A stretch of 15,616 nt of DNA from Azolla caroliniana (taxonomy: Eukaryota; Plantae; Polypodiophyta). The stretch is taken from positions 1-15,616 of the forward strand of contig JBHGNT010000789.1 in NCBI GenBank assembly GCA_043228905.1, in the 5' to 3' direction. Of the stretch, positions 7,229-15,616 are shown piece after piece (position 1 is the first letter of the stretch; every line of letters starts with the position of its first letter). The notes below the pieces were generated by a model that worked only from the letters and a program-made list of their open reading frames with translations, was not told where the DNA came from and did no database searches. The translations under genes were made by a program, and so were the position numbers.

Positions 7229-10070
7229 ATGAACAAGGGGATCGTCAGGTTAGCAATATTCTTTACATTTTTTAAGATTCTAAAAGATGCCTTAAAGTTT
7301 CCTTTTCACAATAAGCAATAATCCCCAAATATTTTATTAAGGAAACATACCATCGAATTAAAATGCACTTAAACTTCACTAGATGGTTAAGAAGAAGTCA
7401 TGTCACAATCCTTAGCAATGCATGGGATTGTGGTTGAATCAAGGCATTCAACCAAAATCCGATGCAGTGCATCGGATTTTGGTGGAAGATAGCTCTCCTT
7501 TCAACCAAAATCCAATGCACTGCATCGGATTGTGGTTGAAAGGAGGGACATTCAACCAAAATCCGATGCATTGCATCGGATTTTGGTTGAAAAGATAGGG
7601 TTTTGCAGATAGAAATTTTATGTCCCTCATCACAGTTTTCTCATCATTTTGATACTATTTTTAGTGTTTTGCATTTAATTGTTCTTTAGTTTATTGCTTT
7701 CTCCATCGTTTTTGTTCAAATAATATGGTCTTGTTCGTAATTAACCTAAATAGGATGTTGTCTTAATTTCAGTGACTCTCCTCAAAAAGTTCCTTCGTTT
7801 AAACTAAAGATTCAAACTCCAACAAAGTGAGATTTTGACTCTTTTGTCAAAGACGTCTCTAGAAGAACTCTATTTGGCTCAATGGGGGATGGAGCATCTA
7901 AGTCTTCTGTTGCAACGACCAAAAATAGCAAGGATGGGGCCCAGGAAGAGAAAACATCTGAACTTAAATATAAGAATTACCCAGAGTTAGAATGGTGTCT
8001 CTCTTATGTCGAGGAAGATGGGGTGTTGCTCTTAATAACAGCTAAGTCAGACGGTAAAGGCAAATTGGAGCTTGGAAAAACATTTAACTATGGAGATGTA
8101 ACCAAGCTAGAATATGAAGATAGTGATTCTTCAAGTATTATAATCAATGTCTCGAGCTCTATTGGCTCTAGACGATTGCGTCTTGATGAGGGAAACCTAG
8201 TAGCAGAATGTTGCAACCCCAAGTCATTACGTAAAGACATTCAAACGATGAACAACTTATTAGTTGCACTCCGGCTGTATGTGACAGGAGAAATGATGGC
8301 GGTGAAGCACAAACTCCACCAAAAAAGTCTAGAAAGACAAATCCGGTTCATAAGAAATACAACAAACGACCACGACCCGACGAAGATGATGAAGAGGTTT
8401 AAGAATTCGTGGAGGAAGAAGAAGAGCACCAAGTCGATGTCGTGGCTCTAGGAGGTCAACTATCTTCCAGTGTATTGACATTTGAACAAAATAAAATAAG
8501 AGAAAATATTGTTAAGACAAAACTTGTGTGTAAGGGACAGCTGTTTCATTTGCCAATTACTTCAATCCAGAGGCCTCCAATTGATCCCTTGACTGGAAGA
8601 CATCCCCTAGAAATTAGAGAGTCGCACGTTGTCCATGTGCAAAACTTGAAGAGCAAAATGAAAATTAATCCTCATGCTACTGTCGTGCCATTTTTTAGTA
8701 ATGGTCGATCAAGATCAATGTCCAACAATAGCAGACTTCAAGTATAGCTCTGGTGATGATTATACATATTATGTAATTGGAGGATCGCATTCGGCCGAAC
8801 CTCGTAGATAGCTTGTGAAAGAATACCCTCTCACCCCCTTCTTTAAGTACACCGAAGGTAAAGTATATGCAAGACTCCCTCACGAGGAGGCGAAGCTACT
8901 AGCATGGGACCATAACAATGATAATGATTATAGGCAAAAGATGTCATGCATTGAAAGGATCATATTTTTTCATCATGAGTACCTAGATGCATTAAATCGT
9001 TTTGGCCCAAGGTTGTGGCCTAGTTTGCGTCGCTAGTGTTTACTGGAAGTGGGGATTGCAGTGGATGAGAGCACAAAATCAAAAGGGCTACGAAAATATG
9101 ATTCTTGGTTTCAACTAGCCTTTCGGACCGGAGAGGTGTGGGATCTCCATGAAAAACTATTTAGCATGTGGGAGCGGCAAGAGGTCAAAGAAGGGAAGGA
9201 TTGATCCACAAGTTGAGATCAAATCGAAGTCAAAGGGCAAACGCGACTTGGTAATCGAGGAGTTAACAGAAGACATGAAACTTTTACCTTGGAGGTCATT
9301 ACAGGGTATTAAGATGATAGGCTATTAATATCGGTGCTATCTTGAGTTGTTGCCAAGGAATTTAGTTTGGACGAGATGGTTACTGAATTGCAAAAGTAAG
9401 GGTTTATAGTATACAATGTTTCAAGATATTCTTCTATTATTATTGATTTTTAATTTTTAATTTCATATTTATTGTATAGTCACAAGGTATACATGAAGAT
9501 TCAGGAGTTGATGATGCAAAATTTGAGTTTACCGACATGGGAAGAAGTGGAGCAAGCTTGCCCGATAACTTCTTCCTACAAGGCATTGGAGGAATATTTT
9601 ATTGTTTTTAGAGAATGGGCATGTGTCATTTGAATGTTAATACATTGAAAGCTAATGTTCTCTCCTAACAACATTGACACTTGCAAAAACCATCGAAATC
9701 AAAAAAGACCAACGACAATAATGATGGTATTCCAGCTACCTTTATCACACACTTAGAACGTGCAAAGTATGAGAAGAGAATGACCAAAGGGAAAGAGATG
9801 GAACTGCCTAAGGATTCAGAGACTGTGAAGAGTTTTTTGCATAGGTCTGATCCTTATAAACATTTACATTATAGTGTATTTAATGGGGAAGTATCACAAA
9901 TGCTCGCTCTGTTACCGAGAAGGCACTACAATTTGTTGATAGCCGACATACCATATGGATTCCGAATTGTGGGATCAACATATGATGATGTGCCTTTCAA
10001 GTACCCCCAAAATCGAGAAGATGGTAAAGGATTTCACCGAACTGACATTGGCCCCCTTGTGGAGGATAAT
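7229..10070 (+). pseudogene. Spliced pseudogene: ParB/Srx-like domain + beta-class N6A/N4C DNA methyltransferase domain (truncated)
   Basis: Model: exon 7229-7248, intron 7249-7772 (splices in frame with ORF 7882), exon 7773-9395, intron 9396-9479, then further exons. Frame-repaired ParB-like motifs are LEIRESHVVHVQNLKSKM, PFLVMVD, YYVIGGSHSAEPRR*L and KVYARLPHEEAKLLAWDHN. The MTase motif is SVFNGEVSQMLALLPRRHYNLLIADIPYG (DIPY at 9945-9956). Stops at 7828, 8400, 8809 and 9034; frameshifts near 8280, 8695, 9190, 9310 and 10010. Confidence 0.72.
7404..7591. repeat. Array of four ~41-bp palindromes TTCAACCAAAATCCGATGCA-N-TGCATCGGATTTTGGTTGAA
   Basis: Centres at 7418 (degenerate), 7467, 7520 and 7571 (perfect, 7551-7591), separated by 8-12-nt spacers. 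Confidence 0.95.
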
Positions 10071-10549
10071 GGGTAAAAGCATGCGAGTGGAAACACTATT
10101 ATAGCTAATTAGCTACTAAAATGGCCATAGCTAATTAGCTATTTGTTTAGCTAGTCTTTCTTGTGGGAAAATCAAATATTTGAAAAACTAATTTATGAAA
10201 AAACTCAAATATTTGAACTTCTGTTTCAGACGTAGTGGAACTTGGGGAATATCACCATCATCTAAGGTCGACTTCAATGTCATCAATTTCCTGTTTAGCC
10301 TAAGTCTGATTTTGAACGCAGATGGAGTACTCAGAGCACGAACGCAGACGTAGCTCCCGCAACAGCAAAAAATCGACATTGCAGATTGAGAGCTACAACA
10401 CAGAACCCGCTCGATCATCGTCCAGGTATGTTTCAGTTACAGAAACCCCAAACATTTGTTTTTTCTTTTTGACTACTGTCTGAACTTTGGTGCCGATTCA
10501 TATTTCCCCAAAATCGAATAGGGCGAAGTCCTTGGAGTCCCATACAAGG

Positions 10550-13500
10550 ATGTCTCGCAAATCGGGGAGTAGCAACAGGTGTGTTTATATTACTTTTTTT
10601 GTGTTTAATCCTGTCTTTAGTGATTAGGGTTTGTGATTGAAATTTCTGATTAGGGTTTGTGATTGAAATTTCTGATTAGGGTTTTTGATTATAAATTTCT
10701 GATTAGAATTTCTGAATAGGGTTTCTGGTTACAAATTTTGATTACAAATTAGAATTTCTGAATAGGGTTTTTGTTTATAAATTTCTGCTTAGGATTTCTG
10801 ATTAGGGTTTGTGATTGAAATTTTTTATTAGGGTTTCTGATTGAAATTTCTGATTAGGGTTTTTGATTATAAATTTCTGATTAGAATTTCTGAATAAGGT
10901 TTCTGGTTACAAACTTCTGATTACAGATTTTGATTAGGGTTTCTGATTTCAAACTTCTGATTACAGATTTTGATTAGGTTAAGTTAAAGATTTTGCACCA
11001 TTTTTGTTGTTGTTGATTGGGGTTTTTGATTCTCACATATTCTGATTTTGCACTATTTCTGATTTCTGAAATGATATTTCAGATGGCTCGTTCCTCCGTA
11101 TACGAGAGTGCTAAACTTCGCAAAATTTTGCGAGACAAAGGAGGACTTCCACAACACCTATGGTCTGTCACTCGAGGGTGTTGACCCTGCTGTCCTAAGT
11201 GATAAATTGATCAGTGATATAGACTGGATGACAGTATATACAGTGCCTAGAGTCAAAGGCAAGGTCAAGCTGAAGCATGTACGAGCCGACTTGTACGATG
11301 ACTGCATGAGACTGCACCAGAAAGTTCATCAGGAGATCCCAGTCAACAATGAGTTGTCAGTTTCATTTGCTAGAGCATTTGCATATGAGTACTGCAAAAC
11401 AGGGAAGGAATCTAGAGACCCTGAAATGTATAGGGTAGCTTGGGCAGTCTATGGTGAGGCATCGGTAAAAAGATGCCGAAAGATGGGGACCTTGGCACAA
11501 AAAATAGACAGATTTTGGAGCATGGCAGCTGTTGATGCAACTGCCGACTCCCAGCAAGACCGGGGGCATACACCACACCGACACCCAAGGAAAGCCAATG
11601 TCGATGATACAGGTGAGACATTGGTTAGCTATATGCTAAAAAATGTCCATGAAGCCTGTGAGACATTGGCATTTTTTAAGACTGATTTAGAGAAAGCCAC
11701 AATGGCTTCTGCAATGGAGAGCAAAGTTACTTCTGCTGTTACAACAATTAGAAATAAGATTCAGGTAACTATTGTTTTGCTGGTATGTGATTGTGTTATA
11801 AATAACGGGTAAAATGTGCTAATCAAACATTATCTGGAATAGGTTGCGCAACAGGAGCTTGAATTAGAGGGGCCACTGGATCCCCAGCGTAAAATAGAAC
11901 TGCAAATAGAGATCCAGGTTCTTTCAATGAACCTGGACCTTCTAGGTGTAAATACTGTTGCAGATTACAATTTGGATAAGCTTCAAGTAAGTTAACGATT
12001 CCTGAGCAAAGTTGGTGTATCTTTCAACAACAAGAATAATTAATCGGTAAATTTCTCTGTTGCGTTGAAGGAACAATACATTCATCAAGAACAGGTAGTT
12101 AGCTGCCTTAAGAAGAAGCTACATTTTGTGGAGGGAATGGTAAGGACCAGACAGGATTTGGACCTGAACATTCTTGCTCCCTTACCAAATGAAGTAGAAC
12201 CAGAAAATGATTTATTGACAGTTCAAGCACGTTGCATCGCTTGCGGGTTAGGTGTGGAGGACAAAACTGCGTCTTTGTTGGTTCACCTACAACCATGCAA
12301 CCACACATACCATCTGCTTTGTTTTCAACATGCCTGTCGAATTGCTGCATTCTGTTTGGGAGATTGCAGTACAACTCTACCAAATGAGTGGAGAAAACAA
12401 ACAGGTATACCATACTGTAGCTAATAAGCTTAGTCTTTTCTAATTAGCTATCCTACTAGCTAATTAGCTACTGGCAGCTAATGAGCTACTAGCTAATTAG
12501 CTATCCTAGTAGCTAATTAGCTATGGTACTAGCTAATTAGCTAGTACCATAGTTGTGTAAAAAAGCTAAATAGCTATCCTACTAGCTAATTAGCCACTGG
12601 CAACTAATTAGCTATCCTAGTAACTAATTAGCTACTGCCATAGTTGTGTAAAGTAGCTAATAAGCTATCCTAGTAGCTAGTTAGCTATGGTACTAGCTAA
12701 TTAGCTAGTACCATAGTTGTGTAAAAAAGCTAATTAGCTATCCTACTAGCTAATTAGCTACTGGCAACTAATTAGCTATCCTACTAGCTAATTAGCTATC
12801 CTACTAGCTAATTAGCTATCATAGTAGCTAATTAGCTACTGACATAGTTGTGTAAAGTAGCTAATAAGCTATCCTAGTAGCTAGTTAGCTATGGTACTAG
12901 CTAATTAGCTAGTACCATAGTTGTGTAAAAAAGCTAATTAGCTATCCTACTAGCTAATTAGCTACTGGCAACTAATTAGCTATCCTACTAGCTAATTAGC
13001 TATCCTACTAGCTAATTAGCTATCATAGTAGCTAATTAGCTACTGACATAGTTGTGTAAAGTAGCTAATAAGCTATCCTAGTAGCTAATTAGCTACTGGC
13101 AGCTAATTAGCTATCCTAGTAGCTAATTAGCTACTGGCAGCTAATTAGCTGTCCTAGTAGCTAATAAGCTATCCTAGCTACTACATAGTTGAGAAAGTAG
13201 CTAATTAGCTTTCATTGTAGCTAATTAGCTATCCTAGCTACCACCATAGTTAATAAAGTAGCTAATTAGCTATCCTAGCTACTACCATAGTTAGTAAAGT
13301 AGCTAATTAGCTATCCTAGCTACTACCATAGTTGAGTAAAGTAGCTAATTAGCTACCATAGTAGCTAATTAGCTATCCTAGCTACTACTATAGTTGTGTA
13401 AAGTAGCTAATAAGCTATCCTACTAGCTAATTAGCTATCCTAGTAGGTAATTAGCTATGGTACTAGCTAATTAGCTAGTACTATAGTTGTGTAAAAAAGC

Positions 13501-14908
13501 TAATTAGGTATCCTACTAGCTAATTAGCCACTGGCAACTAATTAGCTATCCTAGTAACTAATTAGCTACTGCCATAGTTGTGTAAAGTAGCTAATAAGCT
13601 ATCCTAGTAGCTAATTAGCTACTAGCAGCTAATTAGCTATCCTAGTAGCTAATTAGCTATCCTACTAGCTAATTAGCTACTACCATAGTTGAGTAAAGTA
13701 GCTAATTAGCTATCCTACTAGCTAATTAGCTACTACCATAGTTGAGTAAAGTACCTAATTAGCTATCCTACTAGCTAATTAGCTACTAGCAACTAATTAG
13801 CTATCCTAGTAGTGTAAAGTAGTGTGTAAAGTAGCTAATTAGCTACTGGCAGCTAATTAGCTATCCTAGTAGCTAATTAGCTACTAGCAGCTAATTAGCT
13901 ACTAGCAGCTAATTAGCTATCCTAGTAGCTAATTAGCTATCCTACTAGCTAATTAGCTACTACCATAGTTGAGTAAAGTAGCTAATTAGCTATCCTACTA
14001 GCTAATTAGCTACTACCATAGTTGAGTAAAGTACCTAATTAGCTATCCTACTAGCTAATTAGCTACTGGCAACTAATTAGCTATCCTAGTAGTGTAAAGT
14101 AGTGTGTAAAGTAGCTAATAAGCTATCCTAGTAGCTAATTAGCTATTGGCAGCTAATTAGCTATCCTAGTAGCTAATTAGCTACTGGCAGCTAATTAGCT
14201 GTCCTAGTAGCTAATAAGCTATCCTAACTACTACCATAGTTGAGTAAAGTACCTAATTAGCTATCATACTAGCTAATTAGCTATCGTACTAGCTAATTAG
14301 CTATCCTAGCTTCTACCATAGTTTAGTAAAGTAGCTAATTAGCTATCCTAAATAACTGTCATGTTATTGTAGAATCTTGTGGATTAAGGACGGCACATGA
14401 TGTGTCTGGTGCTGATGATGCTGCAACAGATGAGGATACTACTGCCAATGTGGCTGAAAGTAAGAGTCCTGCTATCACATCTCCTTCAGATCAGCTGCAC
14501 CCTATTCTTTTGGAACAGTGTACTGAATTAGGCAACGATGTGAAATGCCATGAAATAGTGGAAACAACATGTAAAACTGAGGTTCACAACAACAGTGTTT
14601 ATGAACACTTGATGCAGCATTTCTTCGAGTCTCAAGACCTTGATTCCACCCCACCGAGCCCAACTACTGAAAATGTCCAAACAGATCCCTCTGTACTTGA
14701 AAAGCTAGTTCAAGAAACGGCTGATGTGCAATTAGCTGCTGAGGCGATGGGAAGGTTGTCGGAGGAGGACACACTTGCGCATTGGGTCCTAGAAGCAAGG
14801 CTAAATGGGGAACCAACCAGAAAAAGGCTGAAGAAGGGGCCACGATCGGGAACAAGACCAGTTACTCGGTCAAGGGGCCCAGACGTAGTGGAGCGAAATA
14901 CTGTTTAG
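10550..14908 (+). CDS. Five-exon CDS, 574 aa: unknown N-terminal domain, coiled-coil-like region, RING-H2 finger, acidic tail with basic NLS-like end
   Basis: Exons 10550-10578, 11083-11764, 11843-11986, 12071-12404 and 14373-14908, all joined by GT-AG introns, give 1725 nt with no internal stop. C-x2-C-x17-C-x-H-x2-H-x2-C-x10-C-x3-C lies at 12233-12367. There is a possible 5' UTR intron at 10426-10521. Confidence 0.8.
10621..10980 (+). repeat. Degenerate ~26-bp tandem repeat TGATTAGGGTTTGTGATTGAAATTTC with nine TAGGGTTT telo-box motifs (intronic)
   Basis: Exact units at 10621 and 10647, and a higher-order duplication with a 178-bp offset (10673 vs 10851). It lies in predicted intron 10579-11082. 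Confidence 0.9.
12418..14350. repeat. ~1.9-kb satellite built on the 14-bp palindrome TAGCTAATTAGCTA (intronic)
   Basis: Dozens of core copies are separated by a small set of linkers (TCCTAC, TCCTAG, CTGG, CCATAGTTG(T/A)GTAAAG). Higher-order duplications have 204-bp (12661/12865/13069) and 280-bp (13641/13921) offsets. Confidence 0.98.
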
Positions 14909-15157
14909 TTGGATATGATTGTTAGCTTAGGGATTTTGCTAGGGTTTTATGAAGTTTTACTATCCTGTTGGACAAGTAAAACCTCAGATTGGTTGTTGCT
15001 TGATCCACATTATGTAATGGAACTCTATGATGTTTTTCCAAGATAATTTGAAGAGTGTTGTTCTATGACTGAAACTCTTTGATGTTCAGGATATTGTTTT
15101 GTGAGACTAGTAGTTACTTTGTGAGTGTGAATATGTTGGTGTTTTCTGATGTTGTAG

Positions 15158-15616
15158 AGTCTAAAGGGTTTGATTCTATTGCTCGTAAGGCCAATGGCAG
15201 TGTGGATACTGTTGATGTTGCGGCATGTTTAAAGGGCCCCATCTTGAAAGTAGATGTAGCAACTGACACAAGTGATCTGGTCACACAAGTTGATCAAGCA
15301 TGTAGCACGGATGACTTGGTGTTGCAGGTAGATGCAGCATGTAGCACGGATGACTTGGTGTTGCAGGTAGATGCAGCATGTAGCACGGATGACTTGGTGT
15401 TGCAGGTAGATGCAGCATGTGATACCAGTGGATTGATATCGAGCAGAACAGTAGCTACATGCACTGAGGTAATCCAAGGATTGATAACTAAGTCGACAAA
15501 ACAAGAGCACCAGAATGTGAAGCTAGGCCCAACACAGTCGACTAGGGGTTTAAAGAGGAAAAGGACACCAGTTGTGTCAGCCGAACCTGAGCTGATTGAG
15601 ATTGATCGTATCCTAC
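15158..15616 (+). CDS. Open coding exon (candidate alternative last exon of the RING gene), continues past the window
   Basis: Acceptor GTTGTAG at 15151-15157, then about 152 codons with no stop (SKGFDSIARK...RGLKRKRT...EIDRIL). It has the same splice phase as the exon at 14373. Confidence 0.6.
15297..15420 (+). repeat. 39-bp perfect tandem repeat x3 (+7 bp), frame-preserving (ACSTDDLVLQVDA)
   Basis: AGCATGTAGCACGGATGACTTGGTGTTGCAGGTAGATGC at 15297, 15336 and 15375. Confidence 0.97.

Larger units (their letters stand above)
10071..15616. mobile_element. Probable second inserted element (DNA-transposon-like, possibly Mutator-type terminus); right end outside the window
   Basis: MTase-like sequence ends abruptly at ...LWRI, followed by GGGTAAAAGC. 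Two TAGCTAATTAGCTA copies follow (10102, 10128), the same motif as the internal satellite. No transposase or matching TIR is visible in the window. Confidence 0.45.

Noticed and set aside
7404-7591. CRISPR array
   Set aside because: Spacers are only 8-12 nt, there are no cas genes, and the context is eukaryotic and intron-containing.
7448-7633. 61-aa minus-strand ORF
   Set aside because: It is an artefact of the palindrome array.
10094-10098. CACTA transposon terminus
   Set aside because: A 5-mer match is weak, the MTase-like reading appears to break about 23 bp earlier, and no partner end is visible. Not fully excluded.
10621-10980. True or interstitial telomere tract
   Set aside because: TTAGGG cores are isolated within a 26-bp unit, not tandem (TTTAGGG)n or (TTAGGG)n.
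12418-14350. CRISPR array or coding region
   Set aside because: Linkers are short and reused rather than unique, and the unit has stops in all frames.
15229-15510. 93-aa minus-strand ORF with ATCCIYLQHQVIR repeats
   Set aside because: It is the antisense of the 39-bp repeat; the plus frame is longer and has a splice acceptor.

Overview
Eukaryotic DNA with spliceosomal introns, probably a land plant and plausibly a bryophyte (inference). It reads as a nest of three transposon-derived units. (1) 1-5579, minus strand: the 5' part of a young Ty3/Gypsy LTR retrotransposon. It has an 842-bp LTR, an 18-nt tRNA-Trp primer binding site, a gag+protease ORF, a -1 frameshift cassette (slippery site plus pseudoknot) and RT-RNaseH-integrase with one in-frame stop. 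(2) 5580-10070: an older decayed DNA-transposon-like unit. A Sola-like/DUF7869-type DDD transposase (minus strand, cut by the LTR) lies head-to-head with a spliced pseudogene encoding a ParB/Srx-like domain followed by a beta-class amino (N6A/N4C) DNA methyltransferase domain (DIPY), which breaks off at about 10070. (3) 10071-end: a probable second insertion carrying an apparently intact 574-aa RING-H2 gene with five coding exons. Its two long introns are filled by a telo-box-rich repeat and a 1.9-kb satellite of the palindrome TAGCTAATTAGCTA, and there is a candidate alternative last exon. The best candidate for an undescribed system is the transposase + ParB-methyltransferase cassette. All family calls come from reading motifs by eye; no searches were run.
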